Under the pieces are notes generated by a model. The model had not been told where the DNA came from and ran no database searches. It saw nothing but the letters and a program-made list of their open reading frames with translations. From positions 77,786 to 141,785 of the forward strand of contig CAVWYL010000036.1 in assembly GCA_963759225.1 (NCBI GenBank): 64,000 nucleotides of DNA. The letters are read 5' to 3'. This DNA is from an uncultured Acidimicrobiales bacterium (lineage in GTDB: Bacteria; Actinomycetota; Acidimicrobiia; Acidimicrobiales; VFJN01). The number at the start of each line of letters is the position of its first letter. Positions within the stretch are counted from its first letter, which is position 1. This document shows, one piece after another, positions 21,201 to 35,365 of the stretch. Made by a program: the position numbers and the translations under genes.

Positions 21201-23068
21201 GATGGTGACGCCCGGGCCGGGCGTCTCGGTGTTCACGCTGTCGTCGATGGCGCGCGACCGGATCGTGAGGGGCCCGAGCGCCGTGGGGATGAAGACGAAG
21301 CTCCACGACGTGGTGCCCGCGGCCCGCTTCCAGGTGGTGCCGCCGTCGACCGACACCTCGACCGCGGCGACCACGCCGCCGACGTCGGAGGCGGTGCCCG
21401 TGACCGTCAGCGGCGACCCGACCGGCACGGTGGTGCCGGCGACCGGGAAGGTGACGGTGGAGACCGGGGCCGTGTGGTCGGTGGACGTGGACGGCATGGT
21501 CAGGCCCGACTGCAGCGTGGCGGGCAGGGAGCCCATGTCGGCCAGCATGTTGGCCGTGGCCTGCTGCATGCGGGCCTGGGGGGCGCCGCCGGTGCGGGGA
21601 TGGGTGTCGTCGAGGCCCCACGACCACTGGCAGGTGCCGGTGCCCCACACGAGCGCGCCGCTGGGGGCCCGGTACAGGGTGAGGCGGTGGGTGGCGGGCT
21701 GCGCGTGGTAGCTGCCGCCCTCGTCGACGAGCACGGCGGGGACCGTCTCGGTCGTGGACGTCAGCTCGAGCAGGCCGGGGGGCTTGGGGCCGACGTCGCG
21801 GTCGTCGTCCCACTCGTAGCCGAGCGTGCCCTGGGTGAGCGAGATGGTCGACCCGTTGGGCATCGACGCCACGTCGGTGTGGCGCCAGAACCGCAGCGCC
21901 TTGTACTGCGACGGGACCTTGATCGTGAGGTCGGGCGCGGACTCGTCGTTGATGGCGCCGAAGATCTGCCCGATGAGCGGGAGCTCGGGCCGGCCGCCGT
22001 CGGACGGCGGGCTGAAGCGGGCGTCACGCCAGGTTCCGGTCCAGGCGGGGGTGGGGTCGAGCTTGGCGCCCTCGAGCGTCTCCTTGTAGCAGACGAGGGT
22101 GCGGCGCGGCGTGTTGGTGCCGTCGACGCTGTTCTCCCAGCGGACCTTCCAGAACACCTCGTTGCCGGCCATGAAGACGACGTTGACGCCGGCGTCGCGG
22201 GCGGCCTCGACGTTGGCCCGCTGGGCGGCCGACCAGTACTCGTCGTGGCCCGAGGAGATGAACACCTTCTTGTTGAGCATCAGCGAGCCGCGGAAGTCGC
22301 TGTCGACGTCGGAGGTGTAGCTGACGTTGTAGCCGTTGCGCTCCAGCCACCGGACGAGCGGGTACTCGGCGTCCCAGAAGGCGTTGCCGTTGCCGTTGAT
22401 CTGGAACGGGCGGTTGTAGCTGACCTTGTGGGCCCGGCCGCCGTTCTCGGCCCAGTACAGGCTGGCGCCGCCCCAGCGGTTGTAGGCGTGCATCGTCGTG
22501 TCGGACGTCTGCAGCAGGACGTCGGCGGCGCGGCTGTCGTTGCGCACGACGAACAGGATCCGGTTCTCGCCCGAGTTGTCGAGGCGCTGGATGTTGGCGG
22601 TGTAGACGCCGGACACGGCGTTGGCCGGGACCGCCCACGAGGCGGACACGGCCCAGTTGCCGCAGTCGACGAGGCCGGTGGCGGCGTCGACGATCGGGTT
22701 GGGCTGGTTCTGGGGCAGCGGGACCGACGGCATGATCTCGGCCACCCGCCGGGCGCCGAGGCCGCCGTACCAGCCCATCCGGTAGATGCGGATGCGGTAG
22801 TTGGTGGAGGGGGTCTTGATCTTGAACCGGATGGTCTCGCCCGCGTTGACGCTGAACTGCGTGGCGAAGCCCTCGATGCTCGAGTCCTCGAAGGAGTCCC
22901 ACTCGCTGGAGGGCGCCCCCGGGAGGGCGTTCTCCACGGACACTGCGTTGGGAGCGGCCGAGGCTTCCCCGCCGAGCACCCCCATCATCCCGACCGCGCC
23001 CGCGCTGGCCGCGGCGCCCTTCAGGAACGAGCGCCGTCCGAACGCGCCGAAGAACGCGGACCCGCCAT
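18268..23068 (-). CDS. Giant (about 1,600 aa) Tat-secreted multidomain protein; about four frame breaks. Domains: a DMFase-large-subunit-like N-domain, one Ig-like domain, and four DUF4082 modules separated by Ig-like (SbsA/Big_5-type) domains
   Basis: The Tat motif RRSFLKGAAASAGAVGMMGVLGGEASAA is followed by ..YRMGWYGGLGARR..YNRWGGASLYW..FISSGHDEYWS... Four modules then follow the type ..ELGVKF....V.GVRFYKG.GN.G.HVG.LW...G..L..V.F..E..SGWQQA.F..PV.V..G..Y..SYY.P.G.Y......NGVFRYG...FP...........DVVF. The frames switch near 23030, 20560 and 18770. Placement of the start codon is uncertain. Confidence 0.7.
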
Positions 23069-23294
23069 CAGCGATTCGTGGCCGTCCTGGCCTGAATTGC
23101 CGCCCATCGCCCTTTCCGCCCTATCTCTGTCCCGGCCAAGCCGCGCCACCGGACGCGACTTGACCGGGGTCTCGTGCCGGGCACAGTTCTGCCCGAGCTT
23201 CCCTGTGAGTCTCGGGATGGTTCCTGAAGCGGGGCTGAAGGACCACTGAAGCCGTACTGAGACTTCCGGCCAGGGAGTTCGCGTTGACGAACCG

Positions 23295-24759
<1,465 letters not shown>

Positions 24760-24763
<4 letters not shown>

Positions 24764-25059
24764 GGTGCCTCCCCCAGGACCGGCGGGACGCGGAACCGGC
24801 CGTCCTCGATCGCCGGGGCCGCGGCCAGCACCTGGTCGCGGTCGAGGCAGGCGACCTCCTCGTCGGCCCGCAGCACGTTCACCAGCGGGTACGGGTGCGA
24901 GGTCGGCGGCACGTCGCCGACGTCGAGCGCCTCGACGTCGCGGGCGTGGTCGAGCACCTTGGCGAGCTGCTCGGTGAACATGTCGAGCTCGCCCTCGGTC
25001 AGCGTGAGCCGCGCCAGGGACGCGACGTGCGCGACGTCGTCGCGGGTGATCTGCGCCAT
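24760..25059 (-). CDS. gatC: Glutamyl-tRNA(Gln)/aspartyl-tRNA(Asn) amidotransferase subunit C
   Basis: [56 protein letters not shown]. It is 99 aa and sits directly upstream of gatA. Confidence 0.9.
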
Positions 25060-25079
25060 AGGGGGACAATGCTAGGCGG

Positions 25080-25105
25080 GGAACGTCCGGCGCCCGTCGG
25101 GCGTC
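25080..25105 (+). promoter_or_regulatory. Candidate ECF-type autoregulated promoter GGAAC-N17-CGTC
   Basis: GGAAC lies at 25080-25084 and CGTC at 25102-25105, 10 nt before the sigma-factor ATG at 25115. The layout matches the general ECF -35/-10 pattern. Confidence 0.4.
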
Positions 25106-25114
25106 CCCTTGTCG

Positions 25115-25600
25115 ATGAGCGCCGTGCCCCTGGACCCGACTGCCACGGTCGTCCCCTGGGACGACGACCTGGTGCGCCACTACGAACGGCACTACGACGA
25201 CCTCGTCCGCCTCGCCTACCTGGTGTCGGGGCAGGCGGCGCAGGCCGAGGAGGTGGTGCAGGACGCCTTCGTGCGCGCCCAGCGCTCGTGGGCCCGGGTC
25301 CGCGACCCGCTGCCCTACCTGCGGACCGCCGTGGTGAACGGCTGCCGCTCGCTCGGGCGCCGCCAGGTGCTGGAGCGGGAGCGCCGCCCCCGGCCGCCCG
25401 AGCCGGAGCCGTTCGCGGCCGACGAGCTGTGGGACGCGCTCGGCACCCTCACGGACCGCCAGCGGGCCGCGGTGGTGCTCCGGTTCTACTGCGACCTGCC
25501 CGACGCCGAGATCGCGACCGCCCTCGGCTGCCGGGTCCCCACCGTCCGGACCTCCATCCACCGGGCCCTCGCCAAGCTGCGCAAGGAGATCGACCGATGA
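25115..25600 (+). CDS. ECF-subfamily RNA polymerase sigma-70 factor
   Basis: Region 2 reads ..HYDDLVRLAYLVSGQAAQAEEVVQDAFVRA. Region 4 reads ..LTDRQRAAVVLRFYCDLPDAEIATALGCRVPTVRTSIHRALAKLR. The ORF track starts at TTG 25109; ATG 25115 is preferred. Confidence 0.85.
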   Translation: MSAVPLDPTATVVPWDDDLVRHYERHYDDLVRLAYLVSGQAAQAEEVVQDAFVRAQRSWARVRDPLPYLRTAVVNGCRSLGRRQVLERERRPRPPEPEPFAADELWDALGTLTDRQRAAVVLRFYCDLPDAEIATALGCRVPTVRTSIHRALAKLRKEIDR

Positions 25601-26925
25601 CCCGCTCCCCCGTGCTCGACGACGAGGACTTCGAGGCCGAGCTGCGGGCCATGCTCGCCCGCCGGGCCACCGACGTCCGGCCGGCCCGGCCCCCGGTGCC
25701 GGCCGGACCGACCGCCGTCCCGCTGGCCCGGCCGGCGTCCCGGCGCCGGCGGTGGGCCCCGCTGGCCGCGGCGGCCGCGGCCGTCCTCGTGGTCGCCGGC
25801 GCCGCGGTGATGCTCGCCGGCGGCGTCGGCCGCGACCGGGCCGAGACGGACTCGGTGCCCGCAGCCGAGCCGGCCGCCCCCGACGTCCCCGACGTGTTCC
25901 AGACCCTCGGGGCGGTGTGGCCGGTGGTCGGCCGCGACGCCCTGGCCGCCCTCGTCGCCGACCCCGGCGACATGGCCGCGACGCTGTCGTCGCCGGAGTC
26001 GGCCGCCGCCGCCTACCTCGCCGAGGTCGCCCCGGCGGCGACCGCCGACCTCGCGGGGACGGTCGTCGGCCCCGACGGCGATGCCACCGTGCCGTGGTCG
26101 TCCGGCGATCTGGCGGGCATCGTCGCCCTCCGCAACGCCGGCCTCGCCACCGTCCCGGTCTGGGTCGTGACGGGCGCCGAGACCGACGGCGTGCAGGTCG
26201 CCTTCGGTGCCCTGGAGTCGGCGGGGGACGACATCGGGTTCGCCCTCCACGTCACCGGGCCGGCCACCGGCCACGAGCTGAGGGTCGAGGCGTTCGCCGA
26301 CGGCGAGGAGGCGACGGTCCGCAACGGGCCGGCGCATCCGGACGGGATCACCGCCAACCTCGAGGTGGTCGCCCCGTGGGGCGCCGACGTCGAGGTGCTC
26401 GTCCGGGCGGTCGACGCCGCCGGGACCTACCTGTCGACGAGCCACACGGGGTTCACCCTGCCGGCGACGCCCGAGGCGCCCGAAGCGCCCGCCGATCCCG
26501 GGCTGGTCGGCGAGGGCGCCGTCGAGATGTCGGGCACGTTCGCCGGCACGGAGCTGTTCACCTTCACGGCCGACCCGGACTGCGAGATCGACCAGACCCT
26601 CGATGCGACGCTCACGATCGGCGACGGCACGACCTGGTCGCTGACCGCGACCTACTGCGGTTCGATGAGCGAGGGGGCCGAGCGCGTGACGGCCGAGGGC
26701 GTGTTCACGCTCACGACGCCCGGCGGCGACACGCTGTCCGGCCGGCTGGTCACCGAGACGGAGCTGGCCACCAGCAGCGGCCCCTACACGCTGGAGATCG
26801 CCGAGGGCACCGGGGCGTATGCCGGCGCCACCGGATCCTGCACGCTCGGCAGCCGCCTCCTCGACGACCCGCCGCCGGACTCGCAGGCCCGGGAGGGCAC
26901 CTTCACCTGCGAGGTCAGCCGGTGA
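25597..26925 (+). CDS. Sigma-associated single-pass membrane protein (putative anti-sigma factor) with an extracytoplasmic domain of about 340 aa of unknown fold
   Basis: ATG 25597 overlaps the sigma-factor stop (ATGA). The N-terminal cytoplasmic segment is acidic, followed by the TM helix RRRRWAPLAAAAAAVLVVAGAAVMLAG. No zinc-binding HxxxCxxC motif is visible. The gene is intact over 1.3 kb. Confidence 0.5.
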   Translation: MTRSPVLDDEDFEAELRAMLARRATDVRPARPPVPAGPTAVPLARPASRRRRWAPLAAAAAAVLVVAGAAVMLAGGVGRDRAETDSVPAAEPAAPDVPDVFQTLGAVWPVVGRDALAALVADPGDMAATLSSPESAAAAYLAEVAPAATADLAGTVVGPDGDATVPWSSGDLAGIVALRNAGLATVPVWVVTGAETDGVQVAFGALESAGDDIGFALHVTGPATGHELRVEAFADGEEATVRNGPAHPDGITANLEVVAPWGADVEVLVRAVDAAGTYLSTSHTGFTLPATPEAPEAPADPGLVGEGAVEMSGTFAGTELFTFTADPDCEIDQTLDATLTIGDGTTWSLTATYCGSMSEGAERVTAEGVFTLTTPGGDTLSGRLVTETELATSSGPYTLEIAEGTGAYAGATGSCTLGSRLLDDPPPDSQAREGTFTCEVSR

Positions 26926-27676
26926 CGCGCCGGGCGAAGGCGACCGCCCGCTCCTCGATGAGGTCCTTGTCGTAGTCCAGGGTGGCGACGTGGTAGCTGC
27001 GCTCCAGCGTGACCCGCTCGACCGGGCCGCTGACGCCGCCCGCGATCAGCTCGCTGTTCAGCGGGTCGACCACGTGGTCCTGCGTGCTGGTGAGGACCAG
27101 CGCCGGGCAGGCCACCTTGGCCAGGTCGGCCCGCACGTGGGCGGCGCCGGCCGCCAGGCTGATCAGCGCCTCGAGCGGGGTGGCGTCGTAGGCCTTCTCC
27201 CGCGCCGCCGGGTCGGCGACGTCGTTGCCGATGGCCGGGATGCGGTCGACCCCGCTGTCGACCAGGTCCTGGAGGGGGCCGACCATCTCGGCCGGCACGT
27301 CGACGAGCGCGTTGACGAGGACGATGCCGGCGATCTCGGGGTGGCGCTCGGCCAGCCACAGCGTGAGCGTGCCGCCCATCGACAGCCCGGACACGACCAC
27401 CTTGTCGCACCGCTCGGCCAGCGCCGCGTACGCGGCCTCCGCCGCCGCGGCCCAGTCGTCCCAGCGGGTCCCGGCCATGTCGTCGACCGAGGTGCCGTGG
27501 CCGGGCAGCAGCGGCAGGTCGACGGCGAGCCCGGCGCCGGCGAAGGCGGATGCCAGCCCCCGCAGGCCCTGCGGGTTCCCGGTGAAGCCGTGCACCACGA
27601 GGGCCCCGTGGGGACCACCGTCCGCCGACCACGGCTCGCAACCGGCGATGATGTCCTTGCCGTCAGAGGTCTGCAC
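26915..27676 (-). CDS. Alpha/beta-fold hydrolase (carboxylesterase / monoacylglycerol-lipase-like)
   Basis: ..GALVVHGFTGNPQGLRGLA..KVVVSGLSMGGTLTLWLA (GxSxG nucleophile elbow)..LVLTSTQDHVV..SYHVATLD. The ORF track starts at TTG 27700; GTG 27676 is more plausible. Confidence 0.75.
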   Translation of the reverse strand: MQTSDGKDIIAGCEPWSADGGPHGALVVHGFTGNPQGLRGLASAFAGAGLAVDLPLLPGHGTSVDDMAGTRWDDWAAAAEAAYAALAERCDKVVVSGLSMGGTLTLWLAERHPEIAGIVLVNALVDVPAEMVGPLQDLVDSGVDRIPAIGNDVADPAAREKAYDATPLEALISLAAGAAHVRADLAKVACPALVLTSTQDHVVDPLNSELIAGGVSGPVERVTLERSYHVATLDYDKDLIEERAVAFARRVTG

Positions 27677-27700
27677 GGCCGCCGAGCGTAGCCCCGGCAA

Positions 27701-27716
27701 TTGACCCCTGGGTCAA
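27701..27716. promoter_or_regulatory. Perfect 16-bp palindrome TTGACCCCTGGGTCAA in the hydrolase/TetR divergent spacer (candidate TetR operator)
   Basis: The 7-bp arms TTGACCC/GGGTCAA are perfect. The site lies 30 nt upstream of the TetR ATG and 25 nt upstream of the hydrolase GTG. Confidence 0.5.
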
Positions 27717-27745
27717 GTCTCGCCACACTGTCGGTCGGAGAGACC

Positions 27746-28399
27746 ATGAACGATCGTCAGCTCACCTCGCAGGGCGCCGAGCGCAAGCAGCAGCTCCTGG
27801 ACGCCGCGGCCCGCCTGTTCGCCGAGCAGGGCTACGCGGCCACGCGGGTCGTCGACATCGTCGAGGCCGCCGGGGTCGCCAAGGGCCTGTTCTACTGGTA
27901 CTTCGAGAACAAGGAAGCCCTGTTCCGCGAGCTCGCCGCCGAGATCCGCCGCCGCCTCCGCCGCCAGCAGGGCGCCGCCATCGACGACGACGCCCCCGCG
28001 CTCGTCCGCATCCTGCAGGGCACCGTGGCGAGCGTGGTGTTCATGGCCGAGAACGCACCGTTCTTCTCGCTGCTGGAGGTCGAGGGGCGCAACGTGTCCG
28101 AGGTCCTGCGCCAGGGCACCGAGCAGCACCTGCAGGACATCTCGGTGCTCATCCTCGACGGCCAGCGCGACGGCACCGTGACCCAGGACGAGCCGGCCGA
28201 GCTGCTGGCGCTGGCGGTCGTGGGCACCGTGGGCCAGTTCAGCCACTTCCATCGCACCGGGCGCATCGACCTGTCGCTCGCCGAGCTGGCCGGCTACGTG
28301 GCCCGGCTGGTGGCCCGGATGCTGACCGCGGACGAGAACGTCGCCCGCACGTCGCTGCTCGCGCTGCGGGACGGGTACCGGACCGCCCCTGCGGTGTGA
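27746..28399 (+). CDS. TetR/AcrR-family transcriptional regulator
   Basis: ..RKQQLLDAAARLFAEQGYAATRVVDIVEAAGVAKGLFYWYFENKEALF is the canonical TetR N-terminal HTH. Confidence 0.85.
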   Translation: MNDRQLTSQGAERKQQLLDAAARLFAEQGYAATRVVDIVEAAGVAKGLFYWYFENKEALFRELAAEIRRRLRRQQGAAIDDDAPALVRILQGTVASVVFMAENAPFFSLLEVEGRNVSEVLRQGTEQHLQDISVLILDGQRDGTVTQDEPAELLALAVVGTVGQFSHFHRTGRIDLSLAELAGYVARLVARMLTADENVARTSLLALRDGYRTAPAV

Positions 28400-28459
28400 C
28401 CCCCGGGTGAGGTCCCGCTAGCCTCTCCCGGTCCGCTTTCCCACGAGGTGCTCCGTCCC

Positions 28460-28825
28460 ATGATCCGCCGTCACCGCGTCGTCGCGCTCGCCGTCATCGC
28501 CGGCCTGTTCCTGTCGGCCTGCTCCAGCAACGACGCCAAGCGCAGCGACGTCGTCGACGCCATGACCGATGCCGGTCTCGACCAGGACCAGGCCGACTGC
28601 GTCGGCGACGGGTTCGACGAGGCGTTCGCCGACGACCAGGACCTCTACAACGAGGTGGCCGCCGCCACCGAGAAGGGCGACTTCCCCGGCGACTCCGAGC
28701 AGACCGTCAACAGCATCCTCGACGAGTGCGTGGACGGCTCCGGCGGCGGCGACGACGGCAGCTCCGACTCGAGCGACACCACCGAGTCCGGCGACGCCAC
28801 GACGACCGAAACGACCGGCGGCTGA
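28460..28825 (+). CDS. Small acidic lipoprotein, function unknown
   Basis: MIRRHRVVALAVIAGLFLSAC carries a lipobox (LSAC). The mature part is rich in Asp, Glu, Ser and Thr. Confidence 0.55.
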   Translation: MIRRHRVVALAVIAGLFLSACSSNDAKRSDVVDAMTDAGLDQDQADCVGDGFDEAFADDQDLYNEVAAATEKGDFPGDSEQTVNSILDECVDGSGGGDDGSSDSSDTTESGDATTTETTGG

Positions 28826-28904
28826 CCCGCCGCGGACTGTTGCACCGGCGCTGCAAGTACCAGCTACCATGCGGTCACTTCGCCGGCGATGAGGGGAGAA
28901 TCCC

Positions 28905-29297
28905 GTGCCCTACAAGTTCCTGTCCGCTGAGTGGGTCGAGGAAGCCCGCAAGATCCGGGAGGAGCTCGACTCCCCGGCCGCGGCTCCGCAGCCCGTCAAG
29001 ATGAACCTCGTCATCACCGACGTGCCGTTCGACGACGGCACCGTCGACGCTCACATGGACACCACCAGCGGCGAGCTGGTGCTCGACACGGGGCACGTCG
29101 AGGGACCGGACGTGACGGCGACGCTCGACTACGAGACGGCCAAGGCGATGATGGTCGACGCCAACCCGCAGGCCGCCATGCAGGCGTTCATGGCCGGCAA
29201 GATCAAGCTGCAGGGCGACATGACCAAGGCGATGGCGCTGCAGAGCGGCCCGCCGAACCCCGAGCTGACGAAGCGGATCCAGGAGATCACCGAGTAG
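28905..29297 (+). CDS. SCP2 sterol-binding domain protein
   Basis: VPYKFLSAEWVEEARKIRE..MNLVITD..TLDYETAKAMMVDANPQAAMQAFMAGKIKLQGDMTKAMAL is the typical SCP2 C-terminal pattern. The RBS GAGGGGAG precedes GTG 28905. Confidence 0.7.
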   Translation: MPYKFLSAEWVEEARKIREELDSPAAAPQPVKMNLVITDVPFDDGTVDAHMDTTSGELVLDTGHVEGPDVTATLDYETAKAMMVDANPQAAMQAFMAGKIKLQGDMTKAMALQSGPPNPELTKRIQEITE

Positions 29298-29322
29298 CCC
29301 CGGGCTCGAGCACGACATGATC

Positions 29323-29348
29323 GAAGGGCGCCCTGCGGGGCGCCCTTC
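29323..29348. terminator. Bidirectional terminator-type hairpin GAAGGGCGCCC-TGCG-GGGCGCCCTTC
   Basis: An 11-bp perfect stem lies between the convergent SCP2 gene (ends 29297) and the methyltransferase gene (ends 29397). Confidence 0.6.
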
Positions 29349-29396
29349 TCGCGTCTACGTACAGGAACGGCGGGCGGCGTCCTGTCGCCGGAGGGG

Positions 29397-30221
29397 TCAG
29401 GGCTTCCGGCCGACGCCGCCGTAGTGGAAGCGGCCCTCCGTCGGTCCGTCCGGGTCGCCGGGGCGCCACTCGTCGATCCGCACGATGCCGGGCTCCACCA
29501 GCTCCAGGCCCTCGAAGAAGCGGGCCAGCTCGGCGTGGGTCCGCGAGCGGAACAGGTAGCGGGCCTGGGTCGGCACCGACTGGGTGAGCGCCGCCATCTC
29601 CTCGTTGCGCATGTCGTCGGTCAGGTGGGACAGGGCGAGGTAGCTGCCCGAGGGCACGGCAGAGACCAGGTGGGCCACGTGGCGGTAGGGCTCGGCCTCG
29701 TCGGGGACGTGGTGCAGGACCGCGTTGAGCACGAGCGCCACCGGCTCGGAGAAGTCGAGGTGCTCTGCGGCCTGCCGCACGATGTCCTCGGGCTCTCGCA
29801 GGTCGGCCTGGAGGAAGGCCGTCACGCCCTCCGACGTGCCCGAGAGGAGCACGTGGGCGTGGGCGAGGACGATGGGGTCGTTGTCGACGTAGACGATGCG
29901 CGCCTCGGGCGCCAAGCCCTGGACGACGGCGTGCAGGTTGTCGGCGTTCGGGATGCCGGTGCCGATGTCGAGGAACTGGCGGACGCCGGCCTCGACGGTC
30001 AGGTAGCGGATCACCTGACGGAGGAAGGCCCGGTTGCTCCGCACCGACGCCCGGGCCACGTCGATGCCGCCGACGGCGGCGCCTGCCCGCTCGGCGGCGA
30101 CGTGGTCGGCCTCGAAGTTGGTCACGCCGCCGAGCAGGTAGTCGTAGACACGCGCCTCGTGCGCCACGCTCGTATCGATCACCGGCTCGCCGGCCAACTC
30201 ACCTCTGCGCGGTTCCTGCAC
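29397..30221 (-). CDS. SAM-dependent methyltransferase (actinobacterial DUF574-type)
   Basis: ..ARVYDYLLGGVTNFEADH..NRAFLRQVIRYL..RQFLDIGTGIP..IVYVDNDPIV. An RBS (GGAGGGG) precedes GTG 30221. Confidence 0.75.
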   Translation of the reverse strand: MQEPRRGELAGEPVIDTSVAHEARVYDYLLGGVTNFEADHVAAERAGAAVGGIDVARASVRSNRAFLRQVIRYLTVEAGVRQFLDIGTGIPNADNLHAVVQGLAPEARIVYVDNDPIVLAHAHVLLSGTSEGVTAFLQADLREPEDIVRQAAEHLDFSEPVALVLNAVLHHVPDEAEPYRHVAHLVSAVPSGSYLALSHLTDDMRNEEMAALTQSVPTQARYLFRSRTHAELARFFEGLELVEPGIVRIDEWRPGDPDGPTEGRFHYGGVGRKP

Positions 30222-30464
30222 CCCAGATCCCCTCCAGCGTCATGCCGTATCGGCCCGACCAGTATGGCCCACGGCGGAGCGACCCGAACGCCAGGGTAGC
30301 GCGCCCTGGGCCCGAGGGCCGCGGGGGTGCGCGGCGGGGGCCAAAACAAAGTGTGCCGAGCCTGCTGGGGCGGCAGCCTCATCGCGGCGGCTGGGGAACA
30401 CCGCGTCCGGCATACCGCCCCAACGGGCCCGGCACGCTCCGTAGTTTACTCGCTGCTCACTGCT

Positions 30465-30624
30465 ATGTCAGCTTTCGCCATACAGCCGACATGAAAAACC
30501 TCAGGACGAGGCTCAGCCTTCGGCCGCATGGGGAGAGGCCGATAAGCCCGGAGGGGGTCTCCGGGATAGGGGAAGATTCCCCCGAACCAGGGTCCCTGGT
30601 CAAGACCCAGATCGAGAAATTTTC

Positions 30625-30626
<2 letters not shown>
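30465..30626 (-). ncRNA. Candidate structured RNA: an array of seven near-perfect hairpins. The core 30521-30565 has two C-rich loops and is reminiscent of actinobacterial 6C sRNA
   Basis: Plus-strand coordinates of the hairpins: 30614-30626 (GAGAAA/TTTCTC); 30586-30600 (ACCAGGG/CCCTGGT); 30569-30582 (GGGGAA/TTCCCC); 30547-30565 (7 bp; the minus-strand loop is ACCCC); 30521-30541 (5 bp; the minus-strand loop is UCUCCCCAUGC); 30499-30511 plus a U5 tail on the minus strand; and 30465-30492 (9 bp). The last stem has a G.U pair only when read on the minus strand. The identity of the RNA is not established. Confidence 0.25.
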
Positions 30627-32723
<2,097 letters not shown>

Positions 32724-32843
32724 GGCCACGACGCGAGGATACTGCTTCCCCGCCGCTGGACCCGATCGCGGTGGTGCTGCGACCGTGCCCGCCCGCTCCG
32801 GCTTCGGCTGCCGGGCCCCGGCGTGCCAGGATTGCCGGTCGCC

Positions 32844-35347
<2,504 letters not shown>

Positions 35348-35365
35348 TTACCGACAGACCGCCGT

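Noticed and set aside
30440-30480. A possible tmRNA tag reading frame (..GCGAAAGCTGACATAGCAGTGAGCAGCGAGTAA).
   Set aside because: The encoded peptide (AKADIAVSSE) lacks the hydrophobic ..LAA-type ending. There is no tRNA-like acceptor/T-arm (GGTTCGAATCC..CCA) nearby.
30540-30556. The minus-strand string CCGGGCTTATCGGCC resembles the conserved 3' element of bacterial RNase P RNA (..CCCGGCUUAUCGG..).
   Set aside because: The rest of an RNase P RNA would have to extend about 350 nt upstream into the PASTA-domain coding region. The P4 motif GAGGAAAGTCCGGGC is not present on either strand.
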